Source: Azolla caroliniana (lineage: Eukaryota; Plantae; Polypodiophyta). Taken from it: 64,000 nt of DNA. The position numbers and the translations under genes were made by a program. Numbering within the stretch: the first letter of the stretch is position 1; every line of letters starts with the position of its first letter. The DNA lies in assembly GCA_043228905.1 (NCBI GenBank), contig JBHGNT010000011.1, positions 19,096,001-19,160,000 on the forward strand, written 5' to 3'. Positions 1 to 10,968 of this stretch are shown in pieces. The notes beneath the pieces were generated by a model, which searched no databases, was not told the DNA's origin, and saw only the letters and a program-made list of their open reading frames with translations.

Positions 1-483
1 CCGAATGTTGCCGAGTCGGAGTGAGCCCGGTTCGCTTCGGATATATATGCCGAATACCGATTATTGAAACCGATTATCTGGACCGATTCTGCTTCGGGTG
101 GCTGCAGCGACGAGAGAGACAGATTCAACTGATCCTCCCGAATGTCGATCAACCGGATGAAGCGCGAATTGGGGTTGTTGTCTTGAGACCGATCTGCACC
201 GAGTGGTTACAATGAGCGGCGAGCAGCGTTTGATGACCTCTTCGGATGCCGTTTAACCGAATGGAGCATGATCGTGTCAAAGTTGCACAAGGGGATTTCA
301 CCTCGAGCGGTTACGATCACAAGGAACGGAGTACAACCTGCAGGCTTACTCCAAACAAAGATGATCTAACGCGATGAGATGCAGGCCTCGTTTTTCTTCT
401 TCTTCTCTCTTCTTCGAATGACGCAGGAAACCGAATGCTGAGACGACGGCCGACAGCGGATTGAAGGACCGACTACTGTGCAG

Positions 484-495
484 GCTCTGATACCA
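484..495 (-). promoter_or_regulatory. Primer-binding site (tRNA-iMet) of LTR element B, whose internal region runs off the left end of the window
   Basis: + strand GCTCTGATACCA = minus TGGTATCAGAGC, 2 nt from the LTR end at 498. Confidence 0.85.
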
Positions 496-497
496 GA

Positions 498-583
498 TGT
501 TGGGAAACAAGGTCGTCTATGCGGAAGATCAAGAAGCATTCGATTGCTGTTGAGTACCTGCGTATGACAGTTTGTAGGTCGTT

Positions 584-628
<45 letters not shown>

Positions 629-814
629 CACAAAAGACTTTCTTATTCCACAAAGCAATAATACAACACCCAACCTTACAAAAGGGTTACAAGGTCACTA
701 TATATAGTGACCGACTTAGGGCAACTACCCTTTATGATAATTACACAAATGCCCCAAACTTGGGCTATAGAAAGGGATAGTGTGAATACGTCCATTATAC
801 ACTTGTATTCGACA
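498..814 (-). mobile_element. 5' LTR (317 bp) of LTR retrotransposon B, inserted into the gag of Copia element A
   Basis: Termini TGTTG...CGACA; adjacent iMet PBS; gag homology of element A stops at 815 (..LSTSCKEEN); contains an (AG)n tract at ~588-627. Confidence 0.75.
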
Positions 815-1329
815 TTCTCTTCCTTACAGGAGGTGCTGAGTGTAACTACCAAGTTCTCCCAGCTCTCCGGAAGGGTACACATCAGCATGATGGCTTGCAT
901 TGCGTCATCCAACGGGAACTTGATTGCCGCAAGCTGGTTCACGAGTCCCATGAACGTGCTGACGTGTTCGACCATGCTCTCGCCGTCCCGGTACTTAAGA
1001 TTCACTATCTTCCTCATCAAGGAGGTCCGGGTCAGAGCATTCTTCCTCTCATACAGTCCGGACAGCTTCTGCCACATCTCATAGGCGTTCGTATCGTTCG
1101 CCACATGTTGCAGAACACTTACATCGACATATTGTCGGATCGTCGCTACGGCTTTCCGGTTCAGGAGCTTCCACTCCGACTCTATTACCCCCTTGGGTAT
1201 CTCGGCATTGTCGATCGGTTCGTACAGGTCTCGGACGATGAGAAGGTCTTCCATCTTTATCTTCCAGTCGGCGTAGTTCTGTGAGTTCAACACCATCATG
1301 CCCGGAGGCCCACTACCGCCGCCTTCCAT
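815..1329 (-). CDS. Ty1/Copia gag N-terminal part (DUF4219/UBN2-type), interrupted by element B
   Basis: ATG at 1329; LNSQNYADWKIKMEDLL..DLYEPI, W..LNRKAVATIR, TNAYEMWQKLSGLYE, LPESWENLV are typical Copia gag motifs. Confidence 0.85.
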
Positions 1330-1345
1330 TTTCTGTGTTAACCGT

Positions 1346-1357
1346 GCTCTGATACCA
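1346..1357 (-). promoter_or_regulatory. Primer-binding site (tRNA-iMet) of Copia element A
   Basis: GCTCTGATACCA on +, 3 nt from the LTR edge at 1361. Confidence 0.85.
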
Positions 1358-1360
1358 CTT

Positions 1361-2086
1361 TGTTGAACACAGTGCTCGGCCACAACCGAGGAATAGGATC
1401 AACTCCAGAAAATAGGAAATACAAAACAATACACGAAGACAACAGAGAGAAAGGTACACTGGATGTTTTACGTGGAAAACCCTAAATGGGAAAAACCACG
1501 GGAGTCCTCAAACTCCAACTATCACTATAAACAGAGATGTACACTGGTGAAGCTACAAGGCAACAACCTTGAGCTCACTGTCTTCGCCACAGGCGGCGGT
1601 AATACACAGAGGCAACGACCTCTTCGTCTCTCTCTCTCTCACTCTCTCTCTCGGCTGCTCTCACTTCGCTCCCTCTAAGTGAAAACAGAAAAATGAGCAA
1701 CAACAACAAACTGTTTGCCCTAAGTCATATTTATACACATATGACTTTCGGGCTATTTACAAATATAGCCTCAAGGGCCCTTGGCAAACATATTTATAAA
1801 TATGTCCCCGCATCCGGATCTCTCTTCGGGTACATTCGTCATCCGGCTCCGTAGCCGGGGTCTTCATCATCCGGCTCCGTAGCCGGGGTCTTCGGCATCC
1901 GGCTCCGTAGCCGGGGTCTTCATCATCCGGATCCGTAGCCGGGGTCTTCATCATCCGTATCCGTAGCCGGGTACTCTTCATCCGGCTTCATGTCGGGTAC
2001 TCTTCATAATCCGGTTCCGTAACCGCAACCGGGCTTGCCGTCATTCATCTCCGGACATCCCATCCGGAGGGACCGAAATCCCAACA
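1361..2086 (-). mobile_element. 5' LTR (726 bp) of Copia element A
   Basis: TGTTG...CAACA inverted termini; PBS and gag follow on the minus strand; TATA-like TATAAATA at ~1791-1798 (minus). Confidence 0.8.
1838..2010. repeat. Tandem ~27-bp repeat (CATCCGGCTCCGTAGCCGGGGTCTTCAT-like, ~6 units) in LTR U3
   Basis: Head-to-tail units directly visible, no spacers. Confidence 0.9.
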
Positions 2087-2189
2087 AAAAATAATAATAA
2101 TATTTAAAAAAAGGAAAAAAAGATAGAAAATAGGGGGGGGGAGGGGGGAAGAGGAAACTAGAGAATGAAAAAACTGAACTTATAGTTTG

Positions 2190-3000
2190 ACATGGTGGGA
2201 GGATCCGAACTTCCAACTGATATGGTGGGAGGCTCCGAAGTCCCAACAGATCCTAGTTCGCTACAAGGAGGAGGAACAAATTTAGACATCACCTTGTCCT
2301 AGAGGCCAATTGACTCTTAGGGGAGGAAATCGACCGCCTACGTCGTAAGTCCTTTGTCTGTAGGTTTCTCACAGGTAGACCAAATCGTGGCATGGTTCGG
2401 GACATGCTCCAAGTGGTTGTGATGGAGAACATGCCTTCAATCAAGAGCGCCATGGGTTTAGGGAAAAATTTCTTCCACATTGAATTGGGTGATGATGCGT
2501 TGGCATGACCCTTGGTAGAGCTCAAGGTACTTGAATTGAAGTACGGCAAGGTGTTGCTCCAGCCATGGTCACTAGGGTTCGACCCAAGTGAGGAGTTACG
2601 AAAACTTAACAACCCTAGGGTGATGACCACAACATTTCTTGGCCTCCCTCCCCATTTGTGCCATCTGCTTCCTTTTTTCGGCGAACAGATAGGGACGATT
2701 TTCCCTCAAAAAAAAGTCTATCGCAGATACAATCGCGGAGGTGCCCAAGGTGCGCATCTTAGTGCCTTCCCTCCATGGACTGCCAACAAGAATTAGGCTC
2801 TATTATGAGGAGCTAGCTCTGTTCTGAGGAGCTAGGTCTCACAGTGGTGCAAGTGGTTTATGAGGGGCTCCCTGGACAATGTTTTATTTGCAAACAGAAA
2901 GGACACCTAGCTAAGGGTTGTCCTTGTAAGATTGGAAAGGGAAGCTCGGTACCTCGAGCCTCTAGGAAGACCGCGTCAACCAAGGGTGACGAGGCTCCTT
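2190..3000 (+). pseudogene. LINE ORF1 (DUF4283 + CCHC zinc knuckle), disrupted
   Basis: Motifs as above, with in-frame stops and frameshifts. Confidence 0.75.
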
Positions 3001-3680
3001 GGTAGCCCGTCAAGAAGAAGGGGAAACTTGGAAGCCTAGGTGCGGCCTCCCCCCCCCCCCCCCCCCTCTCAAGGCCTTCCCTTAGATCGAAGTCCCACTA
3101 CCTTGTCACCAGCAAGTGCGGACGAACAACCCTTGAAACGGGTGAAGATCCTCTCAGGGAGTGCAAAAGCACACGTCGACCTAAAGGTGAGAACTACCAA
3201 TAGAAAGCGTTGGCAGCAACGTTGCCTCCATGTGATTCCTTGTCCCTTCCCCCACAAGATCCTCAGCTCGTGTTCCCCACCCCGATGGAGTTGCAACCAC
3301 ATCTTGTACTTTCCACCCCAGAGGAGATGTTGGCAAAGGTCCCCCTCATGATGGAACGTGAATGTGGTGGCGACCTCAGATTATTGAAATCGTGCATCCG
3401 GACGGGCAAGATCAAGGGCACATGGAAGGGAAATAAATACATGCAGACCATCACATGGTTTGGCGAGGACTATTTGGGATAAAGGGATGCAAGTTGGACA
3501 ACCACTTAGGAGCCAAAACGTATCGCAAGAACTATTTGAAGCGGGCCGGGATCAACAAGCCGAGAATCCCTTAGGGGCTCCTCAGTCCTCGCTAGAGCCC
3601 ATAGCCCCAGAAACAGTTGATAGTTTGCCCCAAGACATGGGGGTCAACCCGGACATGGGCGTCAACCTCACCGTTTTCGG

Positions 3681-6600
3681 ATGAGGATCTTAACATGGAA
3701 TGTACAGGGCCTTGGTGGAGGCCGGCAACACCAAGAGCGCAAAAGACTTTGGGAGGAGTTGAATCCCCCCAACATTGGGGGCAAGATCGACATATTGCTT
3801 TTGCAGGAACACCACCTCTCTGAAGAGAGAATTCAGAGCCTAGTAAACCCCTTGTCGGGTGGGTGGACCACGTCGTGGTCGGCGGCACAGGGTGACCTCC
3901 ACCGAAGAGGAGGGGTATGCATCTCGATCAACGATAAGGCCCGATATGAAGTAACATCACATGGCACACTAGTCGCGGGTAGAGCCTTATATGTGTTTCT
4001 GAAATGGAATCGCCTACAGATTGGGGTGCTAAACATTTATGCCCCTAACTCATCCCTCGAGAGAGCAAGCTTCTAGAGGATGTTAGTGACCACATTACCT
4101 GATGCAGAGGCATGAATAATGGCTGGTGATTTCAACATGACTGAGCATTTGGGAGACAAGAAAGGGGGCACCCAAAAACCAATCCATGGTGCGGAGCTGG
4201 ATTCATGGGCTTTCTTAATTGGCAAAATCGGGGTGAAAGATACATGGGGCTCTTCCCTTAGGAGATGCTTACATTCGTTGCACTTCTCTAGAGCCGTTGT
4301 GAATGTTAGGGGTGGTAGCCTTGCATGGTTAGACCGCATATACATCAACTCATCCCTTGAAGAGTTGGGGGGCTCCTTCGTTATCTTGGCAGGTCTTACC
4401 TTCTTTGATCACCAGCCGATGAGACTAGACCTTAACCCACCCAACGACAGACAGGGGAGTCTCAATGTGAAAATCCCCACAAAGATCATGAAGAGTCAAG
4501 CAGTGAAGGCAAGTCTACATAGAGTATGGCGGGAGACCATTGTAAGAGAATCAGCTAGTGAGGATTTGCAGAAAAAATTGGCCCTCTCCTCCTCCTTTTT
4601 ACAACAGGAGACCAAGCGGGCCCTCCAGCATGTCAGAGCCATTGAAATAAAATTAAGGAAGTCTATTGCGGCAACGCAACGGTTGCTACAGGCAGACCCT
4701 GGTTGCAATTGGTCTAGATCTAAGCTAGAGGAAGCCAAGATGAAGGTGCGGGAAAGGACGAAGGAGAGGAACCGAATGCTATTTAGAAGAACCGCGTCAT
4801 GGTGGGCTAGAATAGACGATAGGGTCAACCGACATTTCTTTCATTACAAGGCTCCCAAGGGTGGTGGTGGACATATACAAGGGTTGCGCAAACCAGACGG
4901 CTCAATTACGGAGGGCAAGGATGAGATTTTGCATATGGCAACACAATACTATCAAGACCTACTTGCACCTATGCATATGAGGCAAAACATAGAAGCTGTC
5001 TAATAGGGTGATGACTTGCATTCACCCCAAGGTAACCCAAGAGATGGAAATGATGCTTGATAGCCCCATTTCTTGGAGAGGAGCATGACCCGGCCCCAAT
5101 GGTCTCTCAAGAGATTTTTTCGAGATCCATTGGGACAGTGTTATCCCGTCATTGGAAGCTGGGGTTCAGGAGATTTGGTCTTCGGGAACGATGCCGACCG
5201 GGCTGGTTGAGGGGATGATCTATCTCATTCCCAAAGCGGTGGAGTGAAGCCTAGAGTTGCGCCAATGGCGTCCAATAACAATCCTTAACACGATTTACAA
5301 GATACTCACAAAAGTCCTCGCTCGGCGGTTAGCAAGCTCCTTACCGAACATTATACATGAGAATCAAACAGGGTTTATCAGGAGCAGGTGTGTATCTTCG
5401 ATAATGTGTTGCTTCTTTGGGAAGCAATGGCATTGGCTGATCACTCTGTCTCGGGCTCGACTATTCTGATGCTTGACTTCGAGATGGCCTATGACAGGGT
5501 ACTATGGCCCTTCTTGGAAAACGTGACGAGAGCTATGGGCCTACCCTAAAAATGGAGGAAATGCACTTCTGCAGTCTATCATACTGCTACAAGTAGTGTG
5601 CTGATAGCGGGTGCTAGGGCCCCCTCCTTCCAACTACAACGCTTAGTGAGGCAAGGTTGCCCCCATCTTTATCTATTCGTAGCTGAGGCTTTCTCTACCT
5701 ACTTACAAGCACCAAGCAACGGATTGAGGGGATTGCCCATCCCTAATGCAAGTGAAGATCTTCTTTTATCTGAATATGTGGATGATACGATCCTCTTCTT
5801 GTAGGGTGATGAGGAGAATTTGCAGCGGGCTGAACATCTAGTCGAGGACTTCTGTCAGGCTGTTGGTGCCAAGGTCAATTGGGATAAAACCCAAGGCCTT
5901 TGGTTCAGCGAACAAGAGAAACCAAGGTGGCATCCCCATGCCGATTTTACATGGGTCCCTAATGGGACGACGTTCAAGTACCTAGGATTTACGATGAGGA
6001 GGGAAATTCCCAAGGGAGCACAATTGTCCCATGTGCAAGCCAAAATAAGCAAGAAGCTGAACCAATGGAGTAGATCTAAATTATCCTTCGCTGATAGGGT
6101 CCTTATTGCGAACCAAGTGATGCTCGCCACCATGTGGCACTCGGTCTCATGTTGGATTATGGACCCAACAGGTTTGCATGCGATTAAGGTTGCCATCATG
6201 AGGTTTATATGGTCTGGTAAGGACAACCCAATGGTTGCTGCCAGAGTGTCATGGCATTGGCTAACGCAACCACGAGCCAAAGGGGGGCTTGGCCTCATAG
6301 ACCCCTTAACGCAGAGTCGTGCATTGCTGGCCAAATTGGTGGTTCGTTGCCTTTTGCCAGGTAAGGGGTGTTGGAAGGTACTACTTCGCAACAGGTTGCA
6401 AGTAGGGACTCCCAAGTATGGTAGGCCTTGGCCTAACACCTTGAACTGGTGTTGCGAGAGCGGAGTCCCACCCAAGATGGCTTGTCAACCAGAGGACAAG
6501 GTAACGAACTCCATCTTGCAGGCATGGTGTCATGTGCGACAACATTTGGTCAAGCACACCCCAGAGACACTCATTGAGTGGACCAAACAACCTTTATTTT

Positions 6601-7766
6601 GGAATCCTCAAGTGCGAACAAGTGATGACATGATGTTAGGGCGGTTTAAGGGCCTCGCATGGGGGAAGTTGGCGTAGACAGGACTTCACTCTATAGACGA
6701 TTGGAAACACATGGTTTCTCCAAGGGGAGCCTAGGAGGACCCATTCCCTCCCCTCAAGGGAACTATGAAAATGTGGAGATTGATAACTGAGGCAGTTGAT
6801 AGGGTTCCGATGGGGGATGTGCGAGAAGATGCATGGTTCGGTCTCTTTGATGAGGCTGGAATGGTTATGTTGTTGAAAGGCATGAGTGGATCGAGAAGGG
6901 ATACATTTTTGGGGGAGAGGCAGAGTAGGGGCACTTGGCATCCAGTTCGAGTGGTGGCGGAGGTTGGTACTATCTGGAAGACAAACCCAGATCTTACAAA
7001 GGTGGAACCCCATTGGAAGTTATGGGTATATGGTTCTCGTCCCCTCGTTGAACTAGAATGGGACCAAGGGGATTTCAGGTGGAAACATGATGGCAAATTA
7101 TGCCACTTCTTCGAATATAGCACTAAATTGGGGCGGACTTTACAACTGCAGCTCAATGGTCCCCTTCGTAATGGCTGGCGAACATTGGGCATCCTTGACG
7201 AGGTGCTCATTACCCTTTGGAAGGGTCTCTGGCGTCTCCACATGCTTGAAAATATCAAGCTCTTTTGGTGGCAGATCGGTCATAATGTGGTTCCCGTTGG
7301 TGAATGGCTAGGTAAAAGTGGCAACCCGATAGGTTGCCCACTTTGCTCTTCACCTATTGAGTCTCTGAGACACTGTATTTGGGATTTCCCTCCAGCTCAA
7401 AAGGTATGGGACAGAGTCACTCGCCTCCTTACGGCATGTGAAGTGGAAGGAACAACATCGTGGAGTGTTGCGGCATGGATTGACCACTCGGCTGATAGGT
7501 GGACGAATGACTTCAATGCAGATAGTTGGTGCTATGTATGCACGAGAGGCAAAATCGTCAAGATCCGCTTTGAGAGAGACTTGTTGTCTGCATCCCCTAG
7601 GTTCCTGGAAATTTGGAGGTTGATCGCAAGCTTCACCTTGTGGTATGTCTGGAAAGCACGATGCCTAAAGGTTTTCCAAGATCTGGTACAACCCCCAGAG
7701 GAAGTGATCATGCATATATGGTTCGCGCTTATCAGCTACCTACAAGGGCAATTGGACTTTTATTGT
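3681..7766 (+). pseudogene. LINE ORF2 (AP endonuclease, reverse transcriptase, zf-RVT), multiple stops/frameshifts; C-terminus displaced to 14617-14811
   Basis: ORF fragments 3681-4076, 4119-5003, 5257-5469, 5598-5804, 5820-6677 and 6765-7766 carry successive L1 ORF2 motifs. Confidence 0.9.
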
Positions 7767-7855
7767 CAACCGTTGGGTCGTTACAAGGAGTGCGAGCGAC
7801 GTAGTAATAGGGTAGATAATCTAATAGGAAGAAAATAGATTGTGAGTACCAAGGG

Positions 7856-7857
<2 letters not shown>

Positions 7858-7916
<59 letters not shown>
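7858..7916. repeat. (GA)n/(TC)n microsatellite in the PLE 3' region
   Basis: About 30 dinucleotide units directly visible. Confidence 0.95.
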
Positions 7917-7919
<3 letters not shown>

Positions 7920-7946
7920 AGAAAATATCATTAGAATGAAAAGAAA

Positions 7947-8001
7947 GACCTTATGCAGCAAACTAGTTTCGCTCAAGAATGAGCTCATCAGTGCAAAGGT
8001 C
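7947..8001 (-). ncRNA. Type I hammerhead ribozyme (minimal, palindromic stem III)
   Basis: Minus strand reads GACCTTTGCA CTGATGA GCTCA TTCT TGAGC GAA ACTAGT T TGCTGCAT AAGGTC: intact CUGAUGA and GAAA core, 5-bp stem II, ACTAGT stem III, GUU cleavage triplet, bulged stem I. Confidence 0.85.
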
Positions 8002-8292
8002 TATTACAAGATGGGTGTAGCTTTATATAAGGTGGGGGAGGTGGGAGAGGGAGAGGGAGAGGGAGAGAGGAGAAATAAGAGTTAGTGATGGGAGAGAGAA
8101 GAAGGGGGTAATGGTAGGCAGTTGAATGATACAAAGTAAGTGGTGGTGGGCTAAGAAGAGTGGAGGGTTATAAGTATGTGTATGCTAAGTAATAAGTGGG
8201 GGTGGGCTATGAAAAGTGGGAGATTCTGGTAAGTAATAAGTGGGGGTGTGTTATGCATAAGTGGGGGGTTATAAGTAAGTAAATGTGTAGTG

Positions 8293-10177
8293 TTAAGTAA
8301 GAGATTTTGGGGATGACCTTTTATATTTAGTTTTGACCAAAAAAGAGTGAATGGACTTGGACTTGGTCCAACACACAAAAGGTCTAGGTATCTGAGATAG
8401 TTTGGGATCTAAGAGTAAATCCTCGTGGAGGTTTTTTAGCATGTCGTGAATTCCTATCTTAGGGGTATCTCGTGTATATCTAAGTTTGAAGATAACGGGT
8501 AGAAGAGTACTTTTGGGTTTCCTACTATATATTATTGATTTCCTAACCCTAAAAGGGGACATTTTTATAATTCTCTTTTATGAAAGAAGGGGGATATCCT
8601 CTCGTAATTAGTCTAGTAAAAAATAGTTTTTTCATTCGACGGAAACCTAAAGGAGTGCTTTCTCTAATTAGGTATCGTTTTAGTTCATTAATAATAAAAT
8701 GTCTTTTTAAATGAAGGGGGTGTTCTGACGAGAACGAGAGATATTGGTAAGCATTTTGGGGCTTTTGGTAGCAATTAAAGGAGAATTTTGAGTTTTCTAG
8801 GTTAATCCATAAGTCTAGGAAGGGTAATCTAGAGGGGGAAGTGGTGATGGTAAGTTTGATACAATTATTAGTAGAGGTATTATAGAATTGAAGGTAATTT
8901 TCTAACTCAAGTTTAGTACCCGTCCATATTCCGAAAGCGTCATCTATATATCTAGTGAAAAAGCAAAGATTTGGGTGTGGTGGTTGCGAATTCTCTAAGT
9001 AAGCTAAGAAAAGGCAAGCACATACTACGGAAAAATTACTACCCATGGTTGTACCCTTTACTTGTTGATAAATTACGTCATCAAAAGAGAGAAAGTGATA
9101 TTCTAATGTGAGTGCGCTAAGTGTATAAATAAGGTTAGTTTTAGAAGTCGAAAAATGGGGGGTAATGATTTTTCGTAAGGCTTCTAGACCTAGCTTAGGG
9201 GGGATGCTAGGATATAAGGATTCAACGTCAAAGGTAAAGATAAAGCTATTAGGGGGTGGTTTAAGATGTTTTAGAGTTTGGATAAGGGAGTGTGAGTCTT
9301 TCAAATATTGTTTTTGAAGGAGAAGGATTGGCATGAGTTGGTGGTGAAGCCATTTAGACGTCTGTTCAAAAAGAGAGTTATTATATGAACAAATAGGTCT
9401 AAAGCCCATTGGGTTCTTGTGGAGTTTGGGGAGGAAGTAGAGATTGCATACTTGGTATCCTGTTGAGGGCTTATGTAGTATGTAGTTGGCTTCTACGGTG
9501 GATAAGGTACCTAGATGGTTGTTAACAATCTTTTTAAGTCTATATGATAACTCTTCAAGTGAATAGTGGAAAACTACTCTATAGGTATTAGAATCGGAAA
9601 GGTGTTCTACAACTTTGTTATAGTATGTGTCTTTGTTAAGAACACAAACTCCAACGTTTTTATCCGCGGGTAAAATTATGATTCTATTGTTATTTCTAAG
9701 AGATCCTAAGGCTTGTAATAAGTGTAGTGGAATCCTAGTGTGTTTTAATTTGAGTGTATGAAGTGTATTACTAAAGAGAGTTTGATGTTTAACTATAATG
9801 TTTTCTAGGGGTATGTATTTAGTAGGGGGTTGCCAACTAGGGTTAGGTAGTTTAAAGGGATTTAGGGGGGAATTATCCTCATCTTTGAAAAAGTGTTTAA
9901 GTCGGAGGGTCCTACTAAGGCTATCAAATTCTTTAAGTAGGATAAGAGGTGGAGGTGGGGAAGATGGGAGGATGTGTTTCAAACCTAGGTTTAGGAGTTG
10001 TGTCTTGTGTTTGGAGAGGGTATAATCAGAGTGATTGTGTATCCTACTACTAATTACGGGTTTCCTAAGGAGGGGAGTCCAAAATTTGGTTCGTGGTTTT
10101 TTAGTATTTGACTTTTTAGTGTGTGATTTAGTGTAAGGGGAGAAGGGGAAACGAGAGTTTGTTCTACCTAGCCACAT
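8293..10177 (-). CDS. Penelope-like element reverse transcriptase (542-aa ORF 8549-10177 plus a frameshifted C-terminal linker to 8293); no GIY-YIG domain
   Basis: ILPADKN, LYFLPKLHK..FRPICS, FDVESLYPSIP, QVKGTTMGS, RYIDDAF, LPFLDL, YQKP, SSEHP, RGYP. The linker PFVCWTKSKSIHSFLV is followed by a stop. Confidence 0.9.
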
Positions 10178-10244
10178 GTAGGTATCACAAGTTAAGGGGA
10201 GCCTATCTGCTATGTAAAAGAGACGCTTAAAGGGTGCAAGGCGT

Positions 10245-10892
10245 TGTCGCGAAGATTCACGCGTGCGTGTGCTACTCGAGCGACCACCGGGGTCTTGGGC
10301 TGGGGAGGACGTTCGCGGAATTATCGACGCTAGATGACGATCAATGTAAGATTAGATGAAATTGGTTTACTTGAGAAGAAGAAAAATTGTACACTTGAGA
10401 AGTAGAAAAATATGAAGATGATAAAGACAAATATAATTATATTGATGATAATGGTGTTGGTGATATCACATATTGAGCCCCCCTTACACAAGCCCAACTA
10501 GAGGCTTTTATAGGTCTTTCCATGCTTGTGACATGCACAAAACCATGGGCTAAAACCATGGTTTTGTGCACACGGTTTTGCTTATGTCATGCACAAACCA
10601 TGGGTTTAAAATCATGGTTTTGTGCACATGGTTTTCTAAGGTTGTTTCGTCTATAATTTGTATATGAAAAGGAAATACATAAAATCTACACTATATGATA
10701 GTTGTCCTGGTGGTAAGGCAATTATCTTGTATCTTAGAGGTGTAAGGTTCAAACCTTGCTTGCACCCCTCTGTATAAACTCAAGTGCCACTAGACCTTAG
10801 GAGGCTATTTGCTAAGTGTATGTGCAATGTTGCACATCATTGGTTTATTCGTCTCACTCGGTTTCACACCGTAGCCGAAAATCGTCACGACA
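10245..10892 (-). repeat. 3' LTR (648 bp)
   Basis: Near-identical to 13058-13706; preceded on the minus strand by the purine tract GGTGGGGGTGGA. Confidence 0.95.
10697..10766 (+). other. tRNA-like module (A/B boxes, D- and T-arms) inside LTR U3; second copy at ~13510-13580
   Basis: TTGTC-CTGGTGGTAA-GGCAA D-arm-like hairpin; GTAAGG-TTCAAA-CCTTGC T-arm containing B box GGTTCAAACC (10746-10755). Confidence 0.55.
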
Positions 10893-10968
10893 TCCACCCC
10901 CACCAAACCCGCACATCCTCCGGTATGTGCCGAGAAAGGTGAAGAGGTGAGATCTTTGGCAACGGTGA

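Noticed and set aside
1838-2010. CRISPR-like array
   Set aside because: Units are contiguous with no unique spacers, lie within an LTR, and the context is eukaryotic.
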